Shown here: piece by piece, positions 19,242-30,314 of the stretch
How positions within the stretch are numbered: the first letter of the stretch is position 1
Layout of the letters: every line of letters starts with the position of its first letter
The notes under the pieces: generated by a model
What the model was told of the DNA's origin: nothing
Seen by the model: only the letters and a program-made list of their open reading frames with translations
The model's database searches: none
Translations under genes and position numbers: made by a program
Virus record (IMG/VR): IMGVR_UViG_3300047472_000231
Location: 12,640 to 76,639 of that record
Strand: one strand, 5' to 3'
From: a virus
Length of the DNA stretch: 64,000 nucleotides

Positions 19242-19585
19242 CCTGGACGGTCGGGCTGGCCGAACGGCTGGAACAGATCGTATGGGTCCTCGACCACCAG
19301 GGCGATATCGACGCCGACTTCCTCGCGATCTACGGCATCGACCTCTATGAGCAAGAGGTCGACGGGCCCCGCTACTTCGCCCTCGCCCACCGGCTGACCG
19401 CCTACCAGGGCGTGATGACCGCCCGCGTCGACCAAGAGCAAGACCAGACCAGCAGCACAACCACCCGCACCAGTAGCACCCAGCCCGCCCAACAGGGCGG
19501 CGGCGAGAACCGTGAGGTCTCGCTGACGGCGTTCCGGGTCATGTTCCCCGGAATCGTGAGCGGAGGAAGCGCAGGTGGCGGGTAG
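18846..19585 (+). CDS. Tail assembly chaperone -1 frameshift product (gpGT-like)
   Basis: GGGGGGAAAA at 19223-19232; -1 frame open to TAG 19583-19585 (IDADFLAIYGIDL). Confidence 0.75.
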
Positions 19586-22500
19586 CTTTCGCATAGCCGA
19601 GGGATACGTCGAGGTCAGTGCCGACGAGTCCGCCTACGACCGCGCCATGGCCCGCCTCAAGTCCAAGGACCAGCGGATCAAGGTCGGTGTCGACCTCGAC
19701 GACCGGGCTGCCCTCGCCAAGCTGGACCGCCTCGCCCGCGAGCGCATCATCACCGCCAAGATCAAGGTCGACGAGACGGCACTGTCCCGCCTCCGTCTGC
19801 GAGACCTCGACGTCACCGTCACGCCGAAGATGAACGACACGGCCCTCCGCCGCGTACAGGCGCAGTTGGACCGGCTCACCGCCGACCGCGTGGTCAACAT
19901 CCGAGCGAGCGTGGACACCCGGGTCGCCGCGGCAGAGATCCGCAACCTCATCCAGCGCCGTCAGGTCCGCATCGGCGTCGACGTCGACACCCGGGTCGCC
20001 GCCGATGAGATCAACAACCTGACCCGGCGACGCACCGCACGCATCGTCGCCGACGCCGACACGGCAGCTGCACGTGCTCGCCTCGACGCCCTGGCCCGCG
20101 ACCGCCACGCCAACGTGCGCGTAGACGTCGACCGGTCCGCACTGTCCAGCCTCGGAGGAGGCGGGGGAGGACTTGGCGGGCTCGTCTCAAGCCTGACCAG
20201 CCTCTCCAGCATCGCCGTCGGCGCACTGCCCACCGTGGCATCCCTGGGGCAGGCCATCATCCAGATGGGGCCCGCCGCAGCCGTCGCCGCGCCCGCCGTG
20301 CTGTCGCTCGGCGCAGCCTTCACCGCAATCAAGATCGGCACCAGCGGTATCGGGGACGCGTTCAAGGCGGCGTTCGCGCCGGCCACAGCCAGCGCGGGCG
20401 CGGCCACCAAGAGCATCCGGCAGGTCGAGAACGCGCAGCGCTCCCTCGCCAAGGCCCAGCAGGGCGTGAAGGACGCCGAGGTCAACGCCGCTGCGGCACG
20501 GGTGCAGGCGGCCCGGCAGATCGAGGACGCGCAGCGCTCCCTCAAGTCGACCGTCTCGGATGTGGCGGACGCCAACCGGCGCGCAGCCGAGCAGGTCGCG
20601 CAGGCCGAGCAGGATCTCACCGACGCCCAGAAGTCGGCCCGGCAGGCACAACTGGACCTGACCGCGGCCCGCAAGGACGCTGCCCGCCAGCTCGAAGACC
20701 TCGCCAACCAGCAGAAGGATGTAGAGCTCGACCGGCGCGAGGGAGTCCTCCGCGTTCAGGATGCCCAGGACGAGCTGAACAAGACGCTCGCCGACCCGAA
20801 GGCCACCCAGCAGCAGCGGGCCGAGGCGCAGCTCACCTACGACGAAGCGGTCCAGCACCTGCAGGAGGTTCAGCTCCAGCAGGATCGGCTGACGAAGGAT
20901 GCGGCCGACGCGAACAAGGCCGGCGTCGAGGGCTCGAAGCAGGTCACGGACGCCAAGGCCAAGGTTGCCGACGCCAACCAGACGATCTCCGACAAGACCC
21001 GGGCGTTGAAGGACGCGGAGATTGAGGCGTCCCGCACGCAGGTTGAGGGCGCACAGAAGGTCGCCGACGCCGAACGCGCGGTCGCTGACGCCCGCGAGGC
21101 GGCCCGCAAGGCAGCCGTCGACGGTGCACGGCAGATCGCCGACGCGCAGGCCGCCGTCGCGGACGCGGCCCGCGCCATGGCCGACGCACAGACGTCCGGT
21201 GCTGCGGCGACGAACAAGGTCGGCACGGCCCTGGCGAAGCTCGCACCAAACGCGCGGGCCTTTGTCGACGCGGTCCTCGCCCAGCGGGAGGCCTGGCGCG
21301 GCCTCAAGCTCGACGTGCAGAACGCCCTGTTCGCCGGGCTCGGGCAGACGTTCACGACTATGTCGGCGGCCATCCTGCCGTCGCTGCGCACGGGCCTGAC
21401 CGGCACGGCAACCATCCTCAACCAGACGGCGAAGAACGCCGCGAGCGCAGTCACCGAGCTCGGCAAGACGGGGATGCTGCGACGGTTGTTCGATGGCCTC
21501 AACGAGGGGATGAAGCCGCTCACGCGGATCCCGGGTCAGTTCATCACCGGCCTCACGCAGATCTCCGTAGCCGCCTCGCCCGCGTTCAAGCGGCTCACCA
21601 CCGCGGCGGGCGGAGTCGCCGACACCATCTCGAAGAAGCTCGGCGACGCGTTCAAGAGCGGCCGGATGGCCGACGCCATCAACACCGCCGTAGGCATCGC
21701 CAAACAGTTCGGGCGCCTGATCGCGGACATCGCCGGAACGATCGGCAACGTACTGAAGGCAGCCGCAGCCGGCGGCGGGGACGCCCTCGGCGCGATAGGC
21801 GAGGCCTTCAAAGAGCTCCGCAAAATCACCGCCATGCCGGAAGTGCAGAAGGCCCTCACGAGCATCTTCACGGCGATCAACTCCATCGCGAAGCTGCTGG
21901 CTGGCACGCTCGGCGCGGTGATTCAGGCGGCACTCCCACTGCTCGCCGCACTCGCGCCCGTCGTAACCGAACTCGCCCAGAAGTTCGCGCCGGTGCTGGC
22001 CGATCTGGCGACATCGCTGGGCAAAGCCCTGATGCCGATCATCGAAGCGCTGCTGCCCGTGGTGAAGGACGTCGGTGGCGTCCTCGTCGGCCTGGTGCAG
22101 GCGGTCATGCCGCTGCTGCAGCCCATCGGCAACTTGATCGCCACCGTCGTCAAGGCGATCGCACCGTTCATCAAGACCCTGCTCGACGCCCTCGTCCCGT
22201 TCGTCGCCATGCTGGCCCAGGCCCTCGTGCCGATCTTCGCCGCGCTGCTGCCAGCGGTTCAGCTGGTGGGCCAGTTCCTTGCCGCGATGGCCCCGCTGTT
22301 CCCGCAGCTGCTGACGGCGCTGACGCCGCTACTTCCGCCGCTCGGGCAGCTCATTACGGCGCTGCTGCAGCTGGCAATGCAGGTGATTACTCCGCTGATG
22401 CCGCTGGTCACCGGTCTGGCGACGTTGCTGGCGACCGTGCTGGCTGGGGCGGTCAACCTGCTGGTGCCCGTCATTACGACGGTGATCGGCTGGCTCACGG

Positions 22501-24218
22501 CCCTCGCCGACGGGGTGAAGAAGGTTGTGGGCTGGATTGTTGACGCCTTCCAGTGGCTGTACGACAAGCTCGTCGGGCACAGCATCATCCCGGATATGGT
22601 GCGGGCGATCATCTCGTGGTTCGGGTCGCTGTGGACCGGCACGAAGAAGATCTTTACCGACCTGAAGAACTGGGTCGTGAGCACGTGGAACAGCCTGTGG
22701 GATGGCGTGCGCACGAAGTGGAACAGCTTCTGGTCCGGTCTGAAGTCGGCGATCTCCGGGGCGTGGACGACCGTGCGGAACGGCGTGTCCGACCTCAAGA
22801 ACGGCGTCACGAACACGTGGAATAACCTCTGGAATGGGGCCCGCGACAAGATCTCGTCGATCTTCTCCACGATCAACGGGAAGATCAGCACGTTCAAGTC
22901 CAGCATGAAGACGGCGTTCTCAACCTTGCGCGACAGCCTGGGAACGATCTGGGACGGCGTGAAGTCGAAGATCGCCTCACCGGTCCGGTTCGTTGTGAAC
23001 TCGGTCTACAACAACGGCATCCGCAAAATGTGGAACTCCATCGCCGGAAAGATCTCCAGCAAAATCACGCTGCCTCCGGTTCCCCTCAACTTCAACACCG
23101 GCGGCGTCGTCCCCGGCTCCGGGAACAAAGACACCGTCCCCGCAATGCTCACCCCCGGCGAACGCATCCTCTCCAACAGCCAAGTCGCCGCACTCGGCGG
23201 CCACCGCGGCATCGACGCCATGCTCGGCACAGACCGCCCCACCAAGACCGGCGGCAACCCGACCAGCCAGCAAGAACGCAAACGCCAGCAGGCCACACCC
23301 CACTTCGGGCACGGCGGCATCGCCGGGACCATCGGGACCATCGGCAGCGCCATCGGAGGCGCCGTCAGCTCCGCCGCCTCCTGGACGAAAGACCTCGTCC
23401 TCGGCGGGCTGAAGGCCGCCGCGCAGAAGGCGCTCTCGGCTCTCGTCCGGCCGCTCATCAACCAGATCCCGGGCAGTGGCATCGGCAACCTGATGCGCGG
23501 GCTGAGCAACAAGGCCGTCGACGGGATGTTGTCCTGGTTCACCACCGAGGACAAGAAGGCAGTCGGCGGCCCCGCCGTACAGCGGGCGTTGTCGTGGGTG
23601 AAGACGCAGAACGGGCTGCCCTATCAGTGGGCCGGCAACGGGAACCCCAGCTGGGACTGCAGCGGTCTGATGAGCGCCATCGAGTCCGTGATCCGCGGAG
23701 AGCACCCGCATCGCCGGTGGGCAACGGGTGCGTTCTCCGGATCGAGCGGCCCGCCCGGCTGGGTCCGCAACCTGAACTCACCATTTGAAATCGGGATCAC
23801 GAATGCGGGAGTCGGGCACACCGCGGGCACTCTTGCCGGAATGAACGTCGAAAGCAGCGGCGGGCGCGGCGTCCACATGGGCAAGAGCGCCCGCGGCTAC
23901 AACGACAGCCTGTTCACCTCGCGCTGGGGGTTCGCCCCGGCCGCCAAGTTCGACAGCGGCGGGTTGTTGCAGCCCGGGGCGACGATGTCCGTCAACGCCA
24001 CCGGCCGCCCCGAGCGGGTCCTGTCGGCGGACCACACGGCCAAGCTCGACGCGATGCTGGCCAGCTCCGGCGCGGGCGGCCCGGTCACCATCCAGGAGAT
24101 CAACATCAGTGGGACGTTCGACTTCTCCAGCCCCGCTAGCCGTCGGGCCGCCGCGAACGCGATGGTCGCCGAGATGAAGGAAGCCATCCGTCTCTACGAC
24201 AAGGCGAGGGCCCGATGA
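19575..24218 (+). CDS. Tape measure protein with a C-terminal NlpC/P60-like domain
   Basis: 1547 aa; Ala-rich coiled coil and Trp-periodic repeats; PYQWAG...WDCSGL...GHT. Confidence 0.9.
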   Translation: MAGSFRIAEGYVEVSADESAYDRAMARLKSKDQRIKVGVDLDDRAALAKLDRLARERIITAKIKVDETALSRLRLRDLDVTVTPKMNDTALRRVQAQLDRLTADRVVNIRASVDTRVAAAEIRNLIQRRQVRIGVDVDTRVAADEINNLTRRRTARIVADADTAAARARLDALARDRHANVRVDVDRSALSSLGGGGGGLGGLVSSLTSLSSIAVGALPTVASLGQAIIQMGPAAAVAAPAVLSLGAAFTAIKIGTSGIGDAFKAAFAPATASAGAATKSIRQVENAQRSLAKAQQGVKDAEVNAAAARVQAARQIEDAQRSLKSTVSDVADANRRAAEQVAQAEQDLTDAQKSARQAQLDLTAARKDAARQLEDLANQQKDVELDRREGVLRVQDAQDELNKTLADPKATQQQRAEAQLTYDEAVQHLQEVQLQQDRLTKDAADANKAGVEGSKQVTDAKAKVADANQTISDKTRALKDAEIEASRTQVEGAQKVADAERAVADAREAARKAAVDGARQIADAQAAVADAARAMADAQTSGAAATNKVGTALAKLAPNARAFVDAVLAQREAWRGLKLDVQNALFAGLGQTFTTMSAAILPSLRTGLTGTATILNQTAKNAASAVTELGKTGMLRRLFDGLNEGMKPLTRIPGQFITGLTQISVAASPAFKRLTTAAGGVADTISKKLGDAFKSGRMADAINTAVGIAKQFGRLIADIAGTIGNVLKAAAAGGGDALGAIGEAFKELRKITAMPEVQKALTSIFTAINSIAKLLAGTLGAVIQAALPLLAALAPVVTELAQKFAPVLADLATSLGKALMPIIEALLPVVKDVGGVLVGLVQAVMPLLQPIGNLIATVVKAIAPFIKTLLDALVPFVAMLAQALVPIFAALLPAVQLVGQFLAAMAPLFPQLLTALTPLLPPLGQLITALLQLAMQVITPLMPLVTGLATLLATVLAGAVNLLVPVITTVIGWLTALADGVKKVVGWIVDAFQWLYDKLVGHSIIPDMVRAIISWFGSLWTGTKKIFTDLKNWVVSTWNSLWDGVRTKWNSFWSGLKSAISGAWTTVRNGVSDLKNGVTNTWNNLWNGARDKISSIFSTINGKISTFKSSMKTAFSTLRDSLGTIWDGVKSKIASPVRFVVNSVYNNGIRKMWNSIAGKISSKITLPPVPLNFNTGGVVPGSGNKDTVPAMLTPGERILSNSQVAALGGHRGIDAMLGTDRPTKTGGNPTSQQERKRQQATPHFGHGGIAGTIGTIGSAIGGAVSSAASWTKDLVLGGLKAAAQKALSALVRPLINQIPGSGIGNLMRGLSNKAVDGMLSWFTTEDKKAVGGPAVQRALSWVKTQNGLPYQWAGNGNPSWDCSGLMSAIESVIRGEHPHRRWATGAFSGSSGPPGWVRNLNSPFEIGITNAGVGHTAGTLAGMNVESSGGRGVHMGKSARGYNDSLFTSRWGFAPAAKFDSGGLLQPGATMSVNATGRPERVLSADHTAKLDAMLASSGAGGPVTIQEINISGTFDFSSPASRRAAANAMVAEMKEAIRLYDKARAR

Positions 24219-25858
24219 GCGCGTTCAACTGGGGCGACCTCCAGCTCGGCCGCATCCCCCTCAGGGAGACATTCGTCGCGACCGAGTCCGGCGGAGGTGA
24301 CGGCCGCGGCCTCGACCTCGAAGGGCAGGAGTCGTATCCGCCGCTCACCCGGGCGCAGGTCATCGCCCGGCATGACGGCATCAACTCGCTGATCCCCGGG
24401 CAGGTCATCAACGTCACATTCACGGATAAACCGGAGCGCAACGGCTTCTACGCCGTGAAAAGCTCCGGGGCGACCTACACCGAATACCTCAACGAGGCGG
24501 TCACCAGCTCCTGGAAGGTCAGCCTCGACCGGATCGGCTCCGACGCGGAAACCGATCTGCAGAGCAGGCTCACCGGCGCGGTCAGGTTGAACGACTTCGC
24601 GTTGGCGGGCGAGCGCTGGCACGCCCCGCCGATCGGCCACTACGGCTACTACACCGGCGCCACGAACGCGACGACGATGACCCGCACCGGAGCAGACGGC
24701 ACCATCACCGTCTACCGCGGCGTACCCGCCAACGTCTCCCCGCGCTGGGGCTGCGTACCGACCGCCTACCTTGCCGGCCGAGTCCGCGCCACGACGACGG
24801 GCGGGCAGGAGGTGTACGGCGTCGACGTACCCCTTGCTGCGACCGGCTGGTCCCTGACGAACGGGCTCATCAACGTCACCGGCGGAGGTGCTGCCACCCT
24901 GGACGTGCAGACGTACAGCGGGGGCGCCTACCGCTCCAAGCTGTGGAACGTCTCCGTGGCGGGCAGTGCGTCGTCGATCACCACGTGGGATGGGGCGACA
25001 CTGCTCCGCAACGACCCCGAAATGATCGTCCTGCGCCTGACGAAGGGCCTCAACCCGGGCCGCGCCACCCTCGATCTGACACTGCGCCGCGGCTCCCGCA
25101 CCGTCGAGGGCTACCTGCAAGTCGGCACCGCCAACACCCTGTGCGCCTATCGGGCAACAGCTGAGGCCGCCACGAACAACACGTCCTACCTGGTCGCCAC
25201 CAGCGACGACGCAGACGGCAACGCCTACGCCTGCGGCAGCGCCCGCACTTTCACCGCGCACGCCAACGGCGGCATCGTCAAAGCCGCCACCACAGCCCTG
25301 GACTTCTGGATCGGCGCCGTCGCCAGCCAGACCACCCTCAACGTCAACCCCACCTTTGAGGTTGACGTCTCCGACTGGACCCCCACATCAGCGACGCTTA
25401 CCCGCAGCAACGTGCAGGTGAAGTGGGGCGCCTGGTCCGGGCTGCTCACCACCACAGCCGCCGCCAACCCCCGTGCAGAGTCGAGCCAGATCGCCGTCAC
25501 CGCAAGCGGCTCGTACCGGGCATCCGGATGGCTGTACGCCCCGGCCGCAATCCCGACCGGCTGCGGAGTGAACATCAACTGGTTCGACAACACGCACGCC
25601 TACCTGTCCACCTCGGCGAACTCGTCCGTGCCCGCGACCGGGGCGTGGATTCCCTACGACCAGACGTTCGCCGCGCCTGTGAATGCGGCCTACGCGACCC
25701 TCGTGTTCTCCATCGGGGGCACTCCCGGCGCCGGGGTCCTGCTGTACGGCGACGACGTGCGACTGCGTGCAGCGACACCATCCGGGGACGCCGCCACCGA
25801 CCTGCGAAATATGTACATCGCCGCCATGCCGGAAGCCGTCTACGGAGTCCGGAGGTAG
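24215..25858 (+). CDS. Distal tail/minor tail protein with a C-terminal carbohydrate-binding-like domain
   Basis: Follows tape measure; NPTFEVDVSDW...LYGDDVRL resembles a CBM4-like jelly roll. Confidence 0.7.
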   Translation: MSAFNWGDLQLGRIPLRETFVATESGGGDGRGLDLEGQESYPPLTRAQVIARHDGINSLIPGQVINVTFTDKPERNGFYAVKSSGATYTEYLNEAVTSSWKVSLDRIGSDAETDLQSRLTGAVRLNDFALAGERWHAPPIGHYGYYTGATNATTMTRTGADGTITVYRGVPANVSPRWGCVPTAYLAGRVRATTTGGQEVYGVDVPLAATGWSLTNGLINVTGGGAATLDVQTYSGGAYRSKLWNVSVAGSASSITTWDGATLLRNDPEMIVLRLTKGLNPGRATLDLTLRRGSRTVEGYLQVGTANTLCAYRATAEAATNNTSYLVATSDDADGNAYACGSARTFTAHANGGIVKAATTALDFWIGAVASQTTLNVNPTFEVDVSDWTPTSATLTRSNVQVKWGAWSGLLTTTAAANPRAESSQIAVTASGSYRASGWLYAPAAIPTGCGVNINWFDNTHAYLSTSANSSVPATGAWIPYDQTFAAPVNAAYATLVFSIGGTPGAGVLLYGDDVRLRAATPSGDAATDLRNMYIAAMPEAVYGVRR

Positions 25859-25861
25859 CAA

Positions 25862-28726
25862 GTGGCGGTCAATGAAGTCCTCAAAGCCCTCGGCTCGTGG
25901 GAGATCAAACTCCTGCCCGGGACGCCCCGCGACGTCCTCGACAGCCTTGATTACTTCGGGCACGTCGCGATCGCCCCCGGCCGGCTGGACCCGCTGCAGT
26001 ACGGCGACAACCTGCTGACGACCGCCCGCTACGTCGGCGTCCTCCGCACCAAGACGATCGGCGACGACGGCCGCACCAGCGCGCCCCAGGACGACCTCGC
26101 CGTCGGCGGCGTCGGCATGGCCATGTGGCTCGGCGACGAAGACGGCAAAGGCGCGATCTACGAAAACGCGATCACGCCCGCGTCCGCATCCTTCGCCACC
26201 ACCATCAACATGCTGCTCCCCGCCTCCGGCGCAGGCGCCGTCACCGCGGGAACCATCTACTCCGTGGCAGGCCAGTACACGGGCCACCACCAGTACGAGT
26301 CCCCGCGGACCGCCATCGGCTACGTGTGCGACACCATGTCCACCACGTCGGTACCCGTCTCCTGGCGCGTCAACGGCAACGGCACCCTTGACGCCGGCCC
26401 GGACGCGAACCTGTTCGTCACCAACCCGACGTGCGTGATCCTCGCGACCGGCGCCGGCGAGGATATGGCGCTGCGGGCCCTCCCCGGCTCGATGGACGTC
26501 ACCCGCGACATGGAGGACTACAGCACCCGCGTTGTCCTCCTCGCCGAGGGGGAAGGCTCGAGCATCGCCACGGGTACGGCGGATATCACCCCGGCGACGC
26601 CATACAAGGACATCCACGGCAACGCCTTGAAGTTGACCAGGCTGGTCAGCGAGTCGGACACGGCGACCGGGAACGCCGCCACACGCGCGCAGTTGGCGTT
26701 GTCGCAGTTCATCTCCACCCGCAACGCGTTGACCTTGTCGACGGCCGACTACGACGTTCACGGGTCCTTCCAGGTCGGCGACCGGGTGTGGGTGTACAAC
26801 CCCGACGCCGGACTCGTCGACACCACCACGGAGATCACGTTCCGGGGGGTGCGGATCAACCCGCTCAAACTCCAGGTCACCGAGACGTCGTGGGCGATCA
26901 CCAAGGGGTACACGGTCGCCTACCGCACCGTGAACGGGGCGTGGATCGACCTCACCCAGTACGTCGAATGGGAGACCGACGGCACCAACACGGTGACCGT
27001 CGGGGACTTCTCCCGGCAGCTCGCCAACACTGGCACAGAGCCTGTCGGCTCCCGCCCCAATGCCGACACGTCCACGCCCGGCCAGCCCGTCTTCGTCACC
27101 CCGTTCACCGGCGTCGCCTACCTCGATAACCGGGGCTTCACGAGGGCGCGCGTTATCCTCAACTGGAACGCACCCCTCAACGTCGACGGCTCCACCGTCC
27201 TCGACGGCGACCACTACGAGATCCGCTACGCCGTCGACACCGACATGCTGTACCCGGCGACCTGGACGCAGGTCTCCCAGGTCAGGTGGCAGGACTTGCA
27301 GTCGTGGGCGCAGCCGTTCGCCGCCCCGACCGGCAAGTGGCAGTCGATGGTCGTCAACTGGGACACCACCACAGCCCAGCTACAGGACCTGTCCCCGGGC
27401 GTCGGCTACGACATCCAGATCCGCGGCGTCGACAAGACCGGCAACACCGGCGCCTGGTCGCCGACGACGACGTTCGTGGCCTCGGCCGACAACCTGCCGC
27501 CCAGCACACCCGCGGCCCCGTCGGTGGCGGGCAGCCGCATCGCCGTGCAGATCACCCACCAGCTCGGCAAGAGCTCGGGCGGCACGTTCAACCTGGAGTC
27601 GGACCTCGATCACCTCGAAGTCCACGTGAGCTACGAGCCCACGTTCACACCGGACGCCACGACCCTGAAGGGGAAGGCGGTCGCCAACGCGGGGATGATC
27701 CAGGCGCAGATCCCCGTCGTGGTCACCGTGCAGGTCGAGGAGACGTCGGCCCGCTACGTGCGGGTCGTCGCAGTCGACAAGACCGGCAACAAGAGCGGGC
27801 CGTCCGATTCGGCGACAGCGACCGCGCTCCTCATCGACGACGCCCACATCTCCGACCTGACCGTCTCGAAGGTCACCGCCGGGCAGATCAACGCCGACTG
27901 GATCGTGGGCGCCCGCATCAAGACCGCCGACACCGGGTCGCGCGTCGAGCTCAACAGCGCCGGCCTCCAGGCCTACGACTCCACCGGCACGCAGACCGTC
28001 AACATCGCCGCCGCCGACGGATCCGTGTCCATCATCGGCCAGCTCAAATCCGGCACGTCGGGTAAGCGTATCGAGATCAACCCGACCAACACCTACCTGC
28101 CAGAAATCCGCTGGTACGCCAACACCGGCACTGACTACGGCTACATCAACGCCCTCTCATCAGGCACGGACGTTAGCCTCGGCATGAACTCGTCGCCCTA
28201 CGACGACGGCACCGGCACCCAGGTCATCTCCCGCGCCATCCTCAGCACCAGTGCCGCGCAACTGTCCGTCATCCGCCAGGACGACCAGTCCCGGCGCGGC
28301 GGCTACGTACTGGCGGCGGCAGGAAGCTTGTTCGCCGGGTTCGTCAGGGCAGGAGTAGACGGCGGCTACTACTACGCCGATTCAGTGCAGGGCCGCTTCG
28401 GCTGGAACCCGAACGATGCCGACGGCCAGCACCTGGATTTCAGCAGCGGCAACACCCACCACATCGGCCGCTGGGCCGACTTCGCCTCAGCCGGAACCAC
28501 CGACGGCATCTGGACCGCCAGCGAGCCCTTCGTCGCCTCCGGCGACATCGCCCTCAGCCTGGGGTATGGGGCGACGATGGCGTCCGGCATGGTGCCCCTC
28601 GTGACGCTGCGGCACACCGTGCTGCGGACCTGGCAGGTCACCTCCTCAACCGCGACCGGCATCACGGTGACGGTCGGAACATCCAGTGGAATCCCTTCTC
28701 TTAGTTGCTGGGTCTATCGTGTCTGA
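25862..28726 (+). CDS. Minor tail/central fibre protein with fibronectin type III domains
   Basis: LSPGVGYDIQIRGVDKTGNTGAWS and YVRVVAVDKTGNKS FN3 motifs. Confidence 0.75.
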   Translation: MAVNEVLKALGSWEIKLLPGTPRDVLDSLDYFGHVAIAPGRLDPLQYGDNLLTTARYVGVLRTKTIGDDGRTSAPQDDLAVGGVGMAMWLGDEDGKGAIYENAITPASASFATTINMLLPASGAGAVTAGTIYSVAGQYTGHHQYESPRTAIGYVCDTMSTTSVPVSWRVNGNGTLDAGPDANLFVTNPTCVILATGAGEDMALRALPGSMDVTRDMEDYSTRVVLLAEGEGSSIATGTADITPATPYKDIHGNALKLTRLVSESDTATGNAATRAQLALSQFISTRNALTLSTADYDVHGSFQVGDRVWVYNPDAGLVDTTTEITFRGVRINPLKLQVTETSWAITKGYTVAYRTVNGAWIDLTQYVEWETDGTNTVTVGDFSRQLANTGTEPVGSRPNADTSTPGQPVFVTPFTGVAYLDNRGFTRARVILNWNAPLNVDGSTVLDGDHYEIRYAVDTDMLYPATWTQVSQVRWQDLQSWAQPFAAPTGKWQSMVVNWDTTTAQLQDLSPGVGYDIQIRGVDKTGNTGAWSPTTTFVASADNLPPSTPAAPSVAGSRIAVQITHQLGKSSGGTFNLESDLDHLEVHVSYEPTFTPDATTLKGKAVANAGMIQAQIPVVVTVQVEETSARYVRVVAVDKTGNKSGPSDSATATALLIDDAHISDLTVSKVTAGQINADWIVGARIKTADTGSRVELNSAGLQAYDSTGTQTVNIAAADGSVSIIGQLKSGTSGKRIEINPTNTYLPEIRWYANTGTDYGYINALSSGTDVSLGMNSSPYDDGTGTQVISRAILSTSAAQLSVIRQDDQSRRGGYVLAAAGSLFAGFVRAGVDGGYYYADSVQGRFGWNPNDADGQHLDFSSGNTHHIGRWADFASAGTTDGIWTASEPFVASGDIALSLGYGATMASGMVPLVTLRHTVLRTWQVTSSTATGITVTVGTSSGIPSLSCWVYRV

Positions 28727-29264
28727 ACCTCGAATCCACACCGTCGACGCGGTGACCGAGCGCCTCACCAACGGCGCCCCACGCTGGGCCGTCCACCACG
28801 TCGACCAGGACGGCAACGGCGGCGGATACGTCTTCCCGAAGGACGCGCTGGAATGGCGGGCCGCCGAGTACGGGCTTACGGACGCCGACGAAATCCTCGA
28901 CATCGTCCTACACGAGCCGTACCTACCCGACGCGCCAGACAGAGACGACGCGGCGGCCCGGGTAGGGCTTGTGACCTCCACGGGACCCGAGGCCGAGCCC
29001 ATCACACTGCTCAACGCCACATCCACCGCCGATGCCGCCACGGCGCACCGGCTGCGCATCGCCGACGCCAAGCGCCGCTCAGGCCGGATCGCGCCCCCCG
29101 GCAAGGGCAAAGACCCGCTCGACGTCATCAGAGCCAACCACGGCATCGACGCGGAACGCGTCCGGGCGAAACGCGAGGCCATCGACGTTCATCGCTGGCA
29201 GCTGCTGTACGGGGGCTTCCCCGTACCCATCCCTACGGCCACCCTGGAGGTGCCTCGTGCCTGA
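28719..29264 (+). CDS. Minor tail-associated hypothetical protein
   Basis: Coupled to flanking tail genes. Confidence 0.55.
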   Translation: MSEPRIHTVDAVTERLTNGAPRWAVHHVDQDGNGGGYVFPKDALEWRAAEYGLTDADEILDIVLHEPYLPDAPDRDDAAARVGLVTSTGPEAEPITLLNATSTADAATAHRLRIADAKRRSGRIAPPGKGKDPLDVIRANHGIDAERVRAKREAIDVHRWQLLYGGFPVPIPTATLEVPRA

Positions 29265-30222
29265 TCCGTCCACCACCAGGATCTCGCTCTACAAGTCCAA
29301 GTCGGACGGGTCCGAGCTGGTCAACTACACCCAGGATCTAGGTCAAAACTGGGACAAGGTCGACCTCGCCGTCGGCTACCAGGTCGTCACCTCCGGCACC
29401 CGCCCAGCAACGCCCTACTCGGGTAAGCCGATCGCGCAGTCCGACACCGCCTACAGCACGTTCTTCTCCAACGGCACCGCGCCCGCATCCGCCTCCTGGG
29501 TCGAAATCCCCAACAGCAGCTCGACTTTCGGCTCCAACCTGAAACTCGCCTCCGGCGCGCAGCTCACCATCGGCGCAGACGTCAACCTCTTCCGCAACGC
29601 CGCCAACGTGCTGCGAACCAACGACGCCCTCATCGTCGACGGCGCCCTCACAGCCAGCAGCAACGTCGCCATCAGCGGCGACCTCAAACTCGTCGGCGGC
29701 ACCACCACCTACCGCAACCAGCTCAGCGCACAGACCACCGTCGCGAACACCGCGACAGAAACCGTCATCGCCTCCATGACCGTCCCCGCAAACGATGCCG
29801 TCGTCGGCGCCGTCTACCGCATCAAAGCGTGGGGCACCGTCTCCGCCGCCGCCGCAACAACACCCACCATGAACTGGAAATGGAAGATCGGCGGCACCGG
29901 CGGCTACCAGATGGCGCAAAGCCAAAACCGCACCGCAGCCGCCGCCGGAGTCACCGGCCGGGCCTGGCAGTGCGTCGGCGAAGTCGTGTGCCTCGCCACC
30001 GGCGCCTCAGGATCCTTCCAGGGATCACTGCTCACCATCGAAGGCTGGAGCGTCACCGGCGGCCCCCCGATCGTCACCCCCGCCACCATCCTCGACGGCA
30101 TCACCCCCGGCACCCGCGACTCCACCGCCAGCCAGCAGATCTGCCTCACCGCCACGTGGGGCACCGCCAACGCCGCCAACACCCTGACCTGCCTCGGCTA
30201 CTACGCCGAACGCATCGCATAG
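29257..30222 (+). CDS. Thr/Ala-rich tail fibre or receptor-binding protein candidate
   Basis: GGAGG RBS; DLGQNWDKVD N-terminus typical of fibre anchors; last large tail gene. Confidence 0.6.
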   Translation: MPDPSTTRISLYKSKSDGSELVNYTQDLGQNWDKVDLAVGYQVVTSGTRPATPYSGKPIAQSDTAYSTFFSNGTAPASASWVEIPNSSSTFGSNLKLASGAQLTIGADVNLFRNAANVLRTNDALIVDGALTASSNVAISGDLKLVGGTTTYRNQLSAQTTVANTATETVIASMTVPANDAVVGAVYRIKAWGTVSAAAATTPTMNWKWKIGGTGGYQMAQSQNRTAAAAGVTGRAWQCVGEVVCLATGASGSFQGSLLTIEGWSVTGGPPIVTPATILDGITPGTRDSTASQQICLTATWGTANAANTLTCLGYYAERIA

Positions 30223-30233
30223 GAGGAAGTCAC

Positions 30234-30314
30234 ATGACCACGTTCGAGGTCATCCTGCTCATCGAGGTCGGCATCATCGCCATCGGTGCACTCCTTGGCT
30301 GGCGGCGGCCCTAA
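30234..30314 (+). CDS. 26-aa single-TM peptide
   Basis: AGGAGG RBS; MTTFEVILLIEVGIIAIGALLGWRRP. Confidence 0.5.
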   Translation: MTTFEVILLIEVGIIAIGALLGWRRP

